From Rhizaria sp. SCN 62-66 (taxonomy: Eukaryota), in the NCBI GenBank assembly GCA_001724265.1, contig MEDY01000009.1, forward strand, positions 62,001-126,000: a DNA stretch of 64,000 nucleotides. The letters run 5' to 3'. The stretch's first letter is position 1. Every line of letters starts with the position of its first letter. The translations under genes and the position numbers were made by a program. The notes under the pieces are model-generated. The model was not told where the DNA came from. It did no database searches and saw only the letters and a program-made list of their open reading frames with translations. Shown in pieces: positions 31,123 to 40,871 of the stretch.

Positions 31123-34100
31123 TTACTTCTTCTTGACAGTTCGCAGGTGCGCAAATGCCGTCGTGATCGTCTCTTCCGCGGCCAAAAACGGCGTCAGTGC
31201 CACGGCGTACGCCTCCTCAAACGTCAGGCGCACGAGCACGCCCGCGCGCGTGTCTGCCCGGGCGAGTGCGGCGGCCGCGGGCACTGCGGCGGCGCGGCGC
31301 ATGGCCATGGCGGCCAGGATCTGCGGGCCAGCGCCGCCGCCGCCCACGAGCGCGTGCGCAATCGTCTCCGCGGCGGCCAGCGTGTCGCTGCTGAGTGTGA
31401 TCGCGGTGCCGGCAGCGCGGCGCGCGAGCACAGCGGCGCTGAACCTCGCAGCCGCGGCGACGGACGTAGCCATGGCGATGGCGACGGTCAGCTCGGCCTG
31501 CAAGGCAGTCGCCGCCGCGGTGGTGTCTCGGTCGCCAAGCAGCGAGCCTGAGGCGCCGGAGGCCTGGGACTTGCGCAAGTACAGCGGTGGCAGCGACACA
31601 GATAGCGTGAGGGCCGCGTGCAATGATAACGCGTCGATGATACTCGGAAGCGCGGTCGCAGAGGCAGAAGACGGGGCGTCGACAGCGGCCTCGGCGGCGA
31701 CGAGCGCGTCCGCGGCCGCGGCAGCGAGCGTGGCCGGCGCGGGCGAAGGCAGCCGGGCGCCGCCGGGGAACGGCGACGTCGCCACGCTCTCGCTGGCCAT
31801 GCTCACGGTCAGCGGCGAGGCGCGGCTGAGCAGGTCGAACGCCTCAGTGACCGCGCGCGCGAGCTTCGCCGCCGCGGCCGCCCCCGCGCTCGCACTTGCA
31901 CTTGCGCCGTGCGCGGACGGGGTGTCTGCGCCATACACAACGCTCGTCCCGCCAGGCGCGCTGTGGAGCAGCGCGGGCAACGTGGCCGCCGAGGTGGCGA
32001 CGGGTCCGTCGAGCGCGACGACCCGCTCCAGCATGTTGAGCACGCGGTCGCTCGCCTTGCCCAACGTCGAGTTGCCGCCCTCGCTAGGGGGCTTACCGTG
32101 CGGAGCGCCGTGAATGGCGCTGTGTGTGGGGCTGTGTGGGGCGCCGTGCGAGGAGCGGTGAAACGAGACCGTGCGCAGACCGCGCGCGACGGAGGCCTGC
32201 AGCGCGGCGGCGGCCGCGGGGGACGACGCGGGCGCCGACAGCAGCGGCGCGCGGCCGGTCGTGAGTGCGGCCGCGGCGTAGCACAGCGTGAGCTGCGCAG
32301 CGAGCCAGTCGAATGTCGCGGCGTGGGACCGCGGAACCGGCTCTGCGGCGCGCGCGGACTCGGCGGCAGCGGCGGCCGCGGCGGCAAAGACCTGCGGGTT
32401 CGCCTCGATGGTGGTGCACGAGCGCGGCCACCTGCCCGCGGTCGCCGCCGCGAGGGCAGGCGTGCGCAGAGGCAGCGTCACTGCACTGCAGACGGCGTTG
32501 GCCGCGGCGGCCGAGGCCGACGCGAACGCCGCCGGGTCTGCGTCCAGCACGATGGCCGCGGCGGCGTCGGCGACGGCCAGCACGCGCGGCGACAGCGCCT
32601 GCAGGAAGGCGTTGGGGCCGACGCTGACCGCGTGCAGCGTCGTGACCGGCGCGCCGACGACGCTTTGGCGCAGCAGCGGCGGGCACAGATTGCGCGACAG
32701 CGTCGCTTGCGCCTCCGCGGCCGCGTGCGCTGTGAGCAGCGGCATCGCGTTTTCCTTGAACAGCGCGGCCTGCGCGGCGACAGCGGCATCGAGCGTTGTC
32801 TGCCACAGCGGCGGCGAGTCGCGCGCGGTCGGGACTGGACTCAGCACGGGGTAGCCCAGCGCCGCCAGCGCGGGCCCCGCCACCAGCAGCCGTAGCGCCG
32901 CGGCGTCGGAGCCGACCGCGCCCTGTAGCAGCGTCTGCGGATGCACGGGCGGCGCCGTCGCCGCCGCGCGTGGGGCCTGCGGCAGCTGCGTCCACGCGGG
33001 CGTCAGGTGCGCGCGCGCGAGCTGCAGTCGGCACCGCGGCAGAACCTCCCCCAGCGTGGCCAGCGCGTCGCTCGTCCTCTTCGTCAGCGCAGACGAGGCA
33101 CCCTCCGTCTTCGCCGCAGTAGCCGTGGCGTGCGCAACGCCCTCGGCGAGCAGCAGTGCGCAGAGCCCGCGGTAGGCGTTGCGCTTGGCGGGCGCCACGT
33201 GTGGGCTAGCGGCGAGTCCGTCGAGCACGGCCGCCAGCGCGGCGCCGCCCAAGCGATGCGTGCGCGCGGGGAACGCGACGGCGCCCAGCGCGTCATCGTG
33301 GTACACCATGCGCGCGAGCCGCGCGCGGGCCGCGGGCGCGCTATCTGGGCCGGCGCGCTTGTGGAATGGCGCGTGCGCGGCGTCAAGCGAGAGCAGCACG
33401 GGCAGCCACGAGCGCACCGCCTTGGGCGGCAGCAGCAGCAGCAGCGCGTCGGCCGCGCAGTCGTAGTACGCCAGCGAGTATAGCGCGAACGACAGCACCG
33501 CCGAGTCGAGTCCGCCGTGCGCGCGCGCGGTGTGCGACGAGGTGACGACGGACGACGCGAGCAACGCCGCGGTCGCCACAGGCAAACCGCCGTCGACGTC
33601 GCGGGCGCGCGCAAAGCCGACGAGAGCGTCGACGTAAGACGACGCCGGCACTGGCGGTGCGCCCGCGGACGCGGCCGTCGCTGCGGCGGCGAGCAGCGCC
33701 AGCGTGCCGCGCGCGTCTCCATGGTGCGCCAGCGCGGTGACCCCGACGGCGAGCAGCGCGCGCGTGGGGCGCTGGGCCGCGCGCAGCTGCGAGGCCAGCC
33801 ACAGCCGGCGGCTCGACAGCACGTCGGTGCCCTGCATCGCCAGGGTCATCGCGTACTCGACGCTGCGCGAGTCGCACAGCGCCAGCGCGGTTGCGGGCTG
33901 CGCGTGTGCGAGCGTGGCGTCGGCCGGGAAGTCGCCGCTGGAGAGCAGGCAGCGGGCCTCGGTCAGCAGAGCTTGCAGCCGCGCGAGCCCGGCGGCGGCG
34001 GCAGCAGCGGTCTCAGCCACCACTGGGTCAGCGGCCTCACCCGCCGCGGCGGCGCTGATTGCTGCGGGGATCGTGATCGCGCCCGTGCTGGCAACAATCT

Positions 34101-37100
34101 CAGCCGCAGTACGTGCAGTGAACGCGGGCGCAACCGCGGCGGCCGCAGCGGCCGTGGGGTGGGACGATGACGCAGTCGCTGCAGCGGCCGCAGCCGCAGC
34201 AGCCGCAGCGGCCGGCAGTGCGGGTGCGATGTCGGGATGCGTGGCAAGCACCGCAGCACAGGCGGCGGCGTGTGCGCGCAGCTCAGCGTCGAGCGCGGCG
34301 GGCGGCAACCTCCAGGCGCGCGCGAGGTACGTGCGCAGGAACCCCGTGGCCAGCCCGTCGGCAAGCCCGGAACCCGGCGCGAGCTGGCTGGCGACGCGCG
34401 CTTCGTCCGACATGGCCTCTGCGGCGGCGATGGCGGCGGCTGAGGCCGCGTCGTCGTCGGCCGGCAGCAGCAGCTCGAGCTCGGTCTCCGCCACGGCCTC
34501 GGCGTCGGTATCGGCGTCAGGGTGAGCGACCGCGCCGTTGCTGTTGCTGCCGGCGTAGGCCGCGGGCCGAACCCACGGTACCGCGCGCCGCTTGCGCTGC
34601 GTGCGCGCGACTAAGCTCAGCACCTTGTACGCGCGTGCGCGGGCGCTGACGACAGCGGCCGCGACGGCGCACAGCGCGGACCGCGCCAGTGTGAGCGTCG
34701 CGCTAACCTCAGCCGTGACCGCAGCGTCCACGCCGCCACTCGCCGCGTCGGAAGACCGCGCGGTGGCGGCGGCAGCTGCGGCGGCGGCAAGGTCGGCGGC
34801 CTCACCCGCGACTGCGGAGGCGTAGAGCGTAAGCCGCTGCAGCAGCGCCTCGACCGCGGGGTAGTTGCCGTCGCGCGCGTATGCGATTGCGAGCGCCTCC
34901 ATGGTCGTGAGTTGCAGCGCGTCGCGGTCAGAGTGCAGCGACGCCAGCAGCCGCGGCGGCGCCGACAGCGCGACGGTCACCACAGCGGCCGCAGCCCGCG
35001 CGCGCGCGCTGTCCACCGCGTCGGTGGCCACGCTCGGCGAGAGCGAGTTCGAGTGCGCGGTGGAGACGTGGCCCAGAGCGACTGCGGAGAGAATGCGCGG
35101 CGCTGCGATCGCCAGGGGCGCGGCCGGGTGCACTGAGGCGGCCGCGGCAGCGTCGATGGCAGCGAGCGCCTCGCTCTCAGCAACCTCTGCGGGGCTGCTA
35201 CGCTCGCTGGTGTAGCGAGACTGAGGCTGCGACCGCGAAGGCGAGGATGTCGGAGGGCCGGCGAGAGCGAGGAGCGAGTGGAAGAGGTGCCAGCGCGCGG
35301 CGGCGTGGCGGCGCGCGCGGCGGCGCAGCACGCCCGCCGAGAAGCCCGCGGTGGCGGTGAACCCTGCAGTTGCGAGCTCGGGCAGCTGCGCAGACACAGC
35401 GCCGTCGCTATTGGGAAGAGCGACAGGGGGCGCGGGCGGCAATGAGAGCACGCCGGCGACTGTCTCATTGAGCACGACAGCGTCGGGCGTCGAGATGATG
35501 GCAGCGGAGGCGCTAACGGCGGTGCCGCGCGACATGTGCTGCGTCAGCGCCTGCGCGCGGGCCAGGAACAACGCGCCGGGGCCGCGGCGAGCTGCTCCGG
35601 CGGCGGAGCGATGCAACAGCGGGGCTGAGCGCGCAGCCGGCTCGGTCGGGGCGGCAATCGAGCCGTCATCGGCAGTTGCATCGGCGCTCTTGTACTCGTC
35701 AGTGGAAGTCGCAGGGGCGCACGCCGCGGCAGAAGCAGCAGCAACACAGGCTACAGCGTCCGCGATGGCACTCCGCAACGAAGCCTCGACCACCGCAGCT
35801 GCTGAAGGCGCAGCGCCAGTGGCTGCAGTAGGGGAGCTTGCACTAGACTCTTGCGCAGTGCCGGGCGCGTGGAAGTAGCTGGGGAAGCATGCGACGGGAA
35901 GACTGACCGTGAGCGTAAGAGGCGACTGAGGGGCAAAGTCCTCCTCGCCGTCACCGTCGCCGTCTGCGTCACCGAACGCGTCGTCGGCCTCACCCGCAGC
36001 CTCGGCCGCGGCGACCACGGCGGCGGTCACGCGCTCGCCGTTGGCGGCCGCCACCGCCGCCGCGGTCGCCGCCGCCTCGGCCGCGGAGGCCGCCGCGTCT
36101 GCAGCGTCCGCAGCGGCCGCGGCGCCGGCGTCTGCAAGGTGCGCGACGACGCGGGACAGCGCGGCCATGCCCGAGGCGTGCGGGTCCGGCAGCGCGCGCA
36201 GCGCGCGCACGGCGGCGGCAAGCACGCGCGGGTGCGGCAGCGAGTGCAGCGAGAGCACGAGGAAGAGCAGCCGCGTGGCGTGCGCGACGGACGTGTGCGA
36301 CTGGACCCACGCCGCGCGCGTTGCCGCCGCGACCGCCGGGGCGATCGCGGCGCCCGTCGCCGCCGACTGCGCGGCGGCGAGCACGGCGGGCGACGCGGCG
36401 CCCGTGGCCGCAGCGACCGTGAGCCCCGCAGCGGCGACGGGCTCGTGCAGCAGGTACGCGCGGTGCGCCTGCAGCAGCAGATGCGGCGTCGGCGCCGTGG
36501 GTAGCCCGGGCAGGTCGGCTAGCGTCAGCCCCGCGAGGCGCGCCCACAGACGCGGGAACGCCGCGGACAGCACGCCCGCAAACGCGTCGGCCGCGGCCGG
36601 CCCGCGCGCCTCTGCGGCCACCGCGGGGGGGTCACGCGAGGCGGCCACGGCGGCGCGCGCGCGGTAGCGCTCCAGCACGGCGCCTGTCGCGGTGGCCGCC
36701 GAGCTCTCGGCAGTGGCGCCGTCAGCGTTCACGGCGCTCTCGGGAGGAACAGACGACTGGTGCGCGGTGACGAGGGAAGTGAACCGGTGGAGCTCCGGGG
36801 ACTCAGCCTCTGTATTGTTCTCAGCGCTTTCCTCGGCAGCGTTGCTGGCCCCCGTTGCGGAGCTCGTACGCACGCGCGCGGCCTCGGTCAGCGGCACTGC
36901 GCGCGGCAGCCCCGCGGCGATCTCTGCCGCGGAGGTAGCGTCACGGACGCGCAGCCCCGCGGCGCGCTCGCCCGCCACAGCGGCGGCCTCGTAGGCGCGG
37001 CGCACGGCCGTCAGGTGCGTGAGCGTGGCCAGCTCGTAGACTGCGAGCGCGGGCGCGCGGAGCTTCTCGGTCCGCAGCAGCCGCATCACCAGCGCGGCCG

Positions 37101-40100
37101 CGTTGGCCGACACGCCCACTGAGCCCGGCGCGGGGGCTGCGAGTGCCGATGCATACAACGCCAGCGCAAACACAGGGTCTGCGCATGCGCGCATCTCAAC
37201 GCCCGCGCCCCGCGACGACGCGTGGCTACTGCCGCTCTGTGCAGCGGGCTCTGTGTCGGCGAGTGGCGAGTTGGCGTGCTGCGCGCAGAGCGTAAGCAGC
37301 TGCAGCAGCGCCGTCTCGGGCAGTGCTGCCGTCGAGAACGCAGCCGGAAGCGCGTCAGCCATCTCGCGCACCGCGGCCGCCCACGACAGCACGCTGCCGC
37401 CGCCCGAGCTGCCAACGCCCGAGCTGCCAACGCCGGTAGCAGAGCGCGCAGCTGCGTTGACACGGTCTTCGGCGCTGGGGAGCGCAGCCGCGGCGAAGCG
37501 GGCGAAGGGCTCGAGCACACGCGCGCGCGCCCGGTCGGTGAGCCCCAGCAGCGCGGCGGCGGTCTCGCGGTCACCGGCGGCGGCGCAGGCGGCGACCAGC
37601 TCGTCGCGCGCGGCGCCCGCGCGGTACTGCAGCGCAAAGGCCGGCAGCGGCGGCGGCGGCGGCGGCGGCAGCAGGAAGCCCGCGGCCGCGAGCAGCTGGC
37701 CGCCGGGCGCGGGCGGCGGCGCGGTGTAGACGGTCACGTCGCCCGACGGCAACAGCTGCGCCTGCGCCGCTGAGAGCGCGTAGCCTGTGGACCGGGAGAA
37801 GCTCACCGCGGTGCGCGCGGCGACGGCGGGGACGGCAGCGGCAGCGTTCTCGGGCGAGTCGACCGCAGCAAGCAGCAGCGTACCGTCACAGTCAGCGCTG
37901 CCGCTTGCGACCGCGAGTGCGCGCGCACGTGCGTCGTAGTCTGCAAACGCGGCGGCCAGCGCAGCGTCGAGCGCGCCCGCCTCGCCGCTGCGCGCGCGCG
38001 CAGTGCTCGTCGCCGCCGTGGAGCCCGCAGAGGGCAGGAAAGCGAGCCCGCGCACGGTGCGCAGACCGGAGTCCGCGGAGTCCCCGGCACCCGCAGCGGC
38101 CGCGGCGCTCATCGCGGGCAGCGCGGCAGGCATCGCGGCGTCGACCGCGGCCGCGACGGCCGGGTGGGCCCCGTCGGTGAGCGGCGCGCGGTCACCCAGC
38201 AGCGGCGGCGGCGGCGCGGCGGCGGGCCAGCGCGCGCCGAACGGCAGCGATGACCGGCCCGAGTCCAGGTCCGTGCCCAGCGCGGTGGCCAGGGCCAGGA
38301 TGTCGAGCGCCTCCTGCGTGCGGCCGCCGCGCGCGAGCTCGCGCAGCACGAGAGAGAGCAGCGGCGCCGTGAGCGCGCGGTGAACCAGCGCGTCGCCGCG
38401 CTGCGCCGCCGTCGGGGGCGCACGCAACGCGTACAGCAGCAGCGGCGCGCCCGTGTCGGTCATCGCGGCCGCGAGCGAAGACGACGACGCCACGACTGTG
38501 ACGTCATCGTCCGTTGCGACGGTGGTGAGGTGCGTGCCGAAGCCGTGGCGGGTGTGGTGCACGAGCTGCGGCAGCGGCATCTCCACGACCAGCGGGCCCG
38601 CGCCCGCGCTGTCCCAGGCCGCCCCAGAGCTCACCACCGTCGTCTGATTGCCCTGTGCGCCGCCCCACTGGCCCGCACTCGCAGTGCCCACAGGATTCGG
38701 AGTGCTTACAGACGCCGCACCGCCCTGCGAGCCCGAGTCGGTGAGGGCGCCCGGCAACAGCACTGCCGCGGCGGCCAGCGCCGGGGTCAGCGCGCGCCCG
38801 TCCTGGCGCGGATCGGACAGCGCGGAAGCGGCGGCGGCCGCGGTCTGCAGCGCCAGGAGCGTGCGGTGGCGAGCCGCGTTGGAGAAGAGTGGGTGCGTCT
38901 CGGTGGCTTCGCCGCTGCCCGCGGCCGCGGAGCCCGCCGCGGCGGTGGCGGCCAGCGGATCCCGAAGTAGCGGCGCGAGGTGCGCGCGCAGCGCGGGCAG
39001 CAGCGCGGCCAGCGCGGCGGCCGCGGCGGGGGCAGAGCCGCTGCGCAGCGCCGCAGCGACCGAGGGCACGGCCGCGGCCCAGTCAAGCGGCACGAAAGGC
39101 GCGCCGGGGGCTAGGAACAGGGACGCGGGGGACGAGGGCGACTGTGCGGGTGACTCTGGTGAATGGACATTCGAAGCTTGAGCAGTCTCAGAGTTCAGGT
39201 TACTGTTGCTGCTGTTGTCATTGTAATTTTGGACTACATATGAAAGCGCCAGGTCCTCGCACATGTGCCTGGCGAGCGCGGCGAACTCGTCGGCCTGCCC
39301 GCGCGCGGCCAGCAGCAGCGGCGCGTACACGCGCGGCGGCAGCAGCGCGCCCTGCGAGTGCAGCAGGTCCACCAGCGGCAGCACCAGCGCCGGCGCGTGG
39401 GCCGCGCGCAGGGCCGCGAAGAGCGCGCTGTACTGCTCCGATGGCAGGGACGCCACAGGGCGCGTACTCGCATTCCCACTTGCGCTGGCTTCAATCGCGC
39501 CGGACGTGGTCGGTGCAGCCCCAGTCGCAGCGGCGCTGTGGGTGTGGCTGCCCGCGGGCGGAACGGTGGCGTAGGCAAGCGCGAGGTGGTTGTGGAGCAC
39601 GAGCACGGCGAGCCGCGCGTGCCCACAGTGGAAGTACGCAGCGGCCAGCGCGGCGGCGGCCGCAGGCAGCGCGGGCACGAACGGCATCGCGCCAGACTCG
39701 GCCAAGTACGAGCGGTACGCAGAGGTCCCGGGCGCCGCGTCGCCACCGGCGGCGGCAGCGCTGGCGCTGTGCGAGTCTGCGGAGGGAATTGTGTCGTGGT
39801 CAACGCTGTGGCTGTAGCCGTGAATGTGGGACTTAGACGTAGCGTGGAGTGTCGTCGGCAGCGCAGCCAGTGACAGCCCCGCCAGCGCCGGCGCCGACTG
39901 CAGCAGCGTCGACAGCGACTGTGGCTGCCCTGGCGAAGCGGCCGCTGCGCCTGCGGCCGCTGCGGCGGCAGCGGCGGCGGCTGCTGCGCCCTCGCTGGCG
40001 GCGAGCGCAGCCCGGAGCGCGGGCAGCGCGGCGGCCTCGAAGGCGCGCAGCGCGGCGGCGTGGGCGCGCGCGGCGGTAAGCGCGGTGAGCGCGCGCACGG

Positions 40101-40668
40101 CCGGGTCCGCGGGCGCGAGCGCGACGGGGAGGTGGCCCGAGGGCAGCTGCGGCGCCGAGAGCAATGGCGAGAGAGCGACGGCGTCGGGGTGCAATCGCGC
40201 GATCAGGGGGCGCAACGACGACGCGGGCGCGCGCACCGAGGGAAAACGGAAGCCCGGGCCAGCGGAGGCGGGCGCCGCGGGCGGCTGCGGGAATTGCGAG
40301 GCTGTTGCGGAGTGCGCGTACGTCGAGAAGCAGTTGCGAGGTTGCTGCAGCTGCTGTGCTGAGGGGCGCGGCGATAACGCGGGGCTGCAGCTAGGGAATG
40401 CAAGACGCTGTTGCGTGGAGCAACAAGAGAAAGTCGAAGGCTGCGACATCAGAGAGCCTGACATAATTGAGGCAGCATGTTGTGCAGTTGTCGCATGTGA
40501 GATTGAAACGCAGGACTCGGACTCAGTTGTCGGCGGTGGTGCAGGGCCAACGCAAACGGGGGCGGCTGTAGCGGTGTTCAATGAAGACAGCTGCGTTGCG
40601 GCGGACTGTAGGGCTGAAGGGAGAAAGCCTGTGCGGACCGCCGCAGTACTCGTTGCACGGGTCAGCAT
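31123..40668 (-). CDS. Large Ala-rich protein (about 3180 aa) with a probable mitochondrial presequence and dispersed, degenerate PPR-like helical motifs
   Basis: Open for 9.5 kb, ending TAA. Preferred ATG 40668 (MLTRATSTAAVRTGF, Arg/Ser/Thr-rich). PPR-like segments: QYSALFAALRAAHAPALVLPLVDLLHSQG, LLSLVLRELARGGRTQEALDIL, DELVAACAAAGDRETAAALL, TMEALAIAYARDGNYPAVEALLQRL, SYVDALVGFARARDVDGGL. The ORF is solid; the product is tentative. Confidence 0.6.
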   Translation of the reverse strand: MLTRATSTAAVRTGFLPSALQSAATQLSSLNTATAAPVCVGPAPPPTTESESCVSISHATTAQHAASIMSGSLMSQPSTFSCCSTQQRLAFPSCSPALSPRPSAQQLQQPRNCFSTYAHSATASQFPQPPAAPASAGPGFRFPSVRAPASSLRPLIARLHPDAVALSPLLSAPQLPSGHLPVALAPADPAVRALTALTAARAHAAALRAFEAAALPALRAALAASEGAAAAAAAAAAAAGAAAASPGQPQSLSTLLQSAPALAGLSLAALPTTLHATSKSHIHGYSHSVDHDTIPSADSHSASAAAAGGDAAPGTSAYRSYLAESGAMPFVPALPAAAAALAAAYFHCGHARLAVLVLHNHLALAYATVPPAGSHTHSAAATGAAPTTSGAIEASASGNASTRPVASLPSEQYSALFAALRAAHAPALVLPLVDLLHSQGALLPPRVYAPLLLAARGQADEFAALARHMCEDLALSYVVQNYNDNSSNSNLNSETAQASNVHSPESPAQSPSSPASLFLAPGAPFVPLDWAAAVPSVAAALRSGSAPAAAAALAALLPALRAHLAPLLRDPLAATAAAGSAAAGSGEATETHPLFSNAARHRTLLALQTAAAAASALSDPRQDGRALTPALAAAAVLLPGALTDSGSQGGAASVSTPNPVGTASAGQWGGAQGNQTTVVSSGAAWDSAGAGPLVVEMPLPQLVHHTRHGFGTHLTTVATDDDVTVVASSSSLAAAMTDTGAPLLLYALRAPPTAAQRGDALVHRALTAPLLSLVLRELARGGRTQEALDILALATALGTDLDSGRSSLPFGARWPAAAPPPPLLGDRAPLTDGAHPAVAAAVDAAMPAALPAMSAAAAAGAGDSADSGLRTVRGLAFLPSAGSTAATSTARARSGEAGALDAALAAAFADYDARARALAVASGSADCDGTLLLAAVDSPENAAAAVPAVAARTAVSFSRSTGYALSAAQAQLLPSGDVTVYTAPPPAPGGQLLAAAGFLLPPPPPPPLPAFALQYRAGAARDELVAACAAAGDRETAAALLGLTDRARARVLEPFARFAAAALPSAEDRVNAAARSATGVGSSGVGSSGGGSVLSWAAAVREMADALPAAFSTAALPETALLQLLTLCAQHANSPLADTEPAAQSGSSHASSRGAGVEMRACADPVFALALYASALAAPAPGSVGVSANAAALVMRLLRTEKLRAPALAVYELATLTHLTAVRRAYEAAAVAGERAAGLRVRDATSAAEIAAGLPRAVPLTEAARVRTSSATGASNAAEESAENNTEAESPELHRFTSLVTAHQSSVPPESAVNADGATAESSAATATGAVLERYRARAAVAASRDPPAVAAEARGPAAADAFAGVLSAAFPRLWARLAGLTLADLPGLPTAPTPHLLLQAHRAYLLHEPVAAAGLTVAAATGAASPAVLAAAQSAATGAAIAPAVAAATRAAWVQSHTSVAHATRLLFLVLSLHSLPHPRVLAAAVRALRALPDPHASGMAALSRVVAHLADAGAAAAADAADAAASAAEAAATAAAVAAANGERVTAAVVAAAEAAGEADDAFGDADGDGDGEEDFAPQSPLTLTVSLPVACFPSYFHAPGTAQESSASSPTAATGAAPSAAAVVEASLRSAIADAVACVAAASAAACAPATSTDEYKSADATADDGSIAAPTEPAARSAPLLHRSAAGAARRGPGALFLARAQALTQHMSRGTAVSASAAIISTPDAVVLNETVAGVLSLPPAPPVALPNSDGAVSAQLPELATAGFTATAGFSAGVLRRRARRHAAARWHLFHSLLALAGPPTSSPSRSQPQSRYTSERSSPAEVAESEALAAIDAAAAASVHPAAPLAIAAPRILSAVALGHVSTAHSNSLSPSVATDAVDSARARAAAAVVTVALSAPPRLLASLHSDRDALQLTTMEALAIAYARDGNYPAVEALLQRLTLYASAVAGEAADLAAAAAAAATARSSDAASGGVDAAVTAEVSATLTLARSALCAVAAAVVSARARAYKVLSLVARTQRKRRAVPWVRPAAYAGSNSNGAVAHPDADTDAEAVAETELELLLPADDDAASAAAIAAAEAMSDEARVASQLAPGSGLADGLATGFLRTYLARAWRLPPAALDAELRAHAAACAAVLATHPDIAPALPAAAAAAAAAAAATASSSHPTAAAAAAVAPAFTARTAAEIVASTGAITIPAAISAAAAGEAADPVVAETAAAAAAGLARLQALLTEARCLLSSGDFPADATLAHAQPATALALCDSRSVEYAMTLAMQGTDVLSSRRLWLASQLRAAQRPTRALLAVGVTALAHHGDARGTLALLAAAATAASAGAPPVPASSYVDALVGFARARDVDGGLPVATAALLASSVVTSSHTARAHGGLDSAVLSFALYSLAYYDCAADALLLLLPPKAVRSWLPVLLSLDAAHAPFHKRAGPDSAPAARARLARMVYHDDALGAVAFPARTHRLGGAALAAVLDGLAASPHVAPAKRNAYRGLCALLLAEGVAHATATAAKTEGASSALTKRTSDALATLGEVLPRCRLQLARAHLTPAWTQLPQAPRAAATAPPVHPQTLLQGAVGSDAAALRLLVAGPALAALGYPVLSPVPTARDSPPLWQTTLDAAVAAQAALFKENAMPLLTAHAAAEAQATLSRNLCPPLLRQSVVGAPVTTLHAVSVGPNAFLQALSPRVLAVADAAAAIVLDADPAAFASASAAAANAVCSAVTLPLRTPALAAATAGRWPRSCTTIEANPQVFAAAAAAAAESARAAEPVPRSHAATFDWLAAQLTLCYAAAALTTGRAPLLSAPASSPAAAAALQASVARGLRTVSFHRSSHGAPHSPTHSAIHGAPHGKPPSEGGNSTLGKASDRVLNMLERVVALDGPVATSAATLPALLHSAPGGTSVVYGADTPSAHGASASASAGAAAAAKLARAVTEAFDLLSRASPLTVSMASESVATSPFPGGARLPSPAPATLAAAAADALVAAEAAVDAPSSASATALPSIIDALSLHAALTLSVSLPPLYLRKSQASGASGSLLGDRDTTAAATALQAELTVAIAMATSVAAAARFSAAVLARRAAGTAITLSSDTLAAAETIAHALVGGGGAGPQILAAMAMRRAAAVPAAAALARADTRAGVLVRLTFEEAYAVALTPFLAAEETITTAFAHLRTVKKK

Positions 40669-40871
40669 CTGAGCTGGGTCAGCGGGAGGCGAGCTAGTGA
40701 GAGCTGTGGACGAGTGACCTACGGAGTAAGGCATGCGGGGAAGAGACAAAAATGAGGTTATAAATAAGAATTTAGAACTAGTTTTAAAATACACGGGGCA
40801 TTTCGGGCATGTGTGTTATTTCTCATTAGACGGATGTATAGCAGAGTTATGGATTGTTTTTCGCGACGCAC
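40669..40871 (-). other. Candidate 5' UTR intron of the PPR-like gene (203 nt)
   Basis: Consensus donor GTGCGT at 40871, branch-like GCTGAC, and acceptor CTCAG directly abutting ATG 40668. Confidence 0.45.

Noticed and set aside
40669-40794. ORF-track N-terminal extensions of the PPR-like gene (and of CFAP43, ARPC1 and SPP)
   Set aside because: They start at non-ATG codons and run through acceptor-like tracts; the downstream ATGs fit better. An alternative in-frame ATG (MPYSVG) upstream of 40668 cannot be fully excluded.
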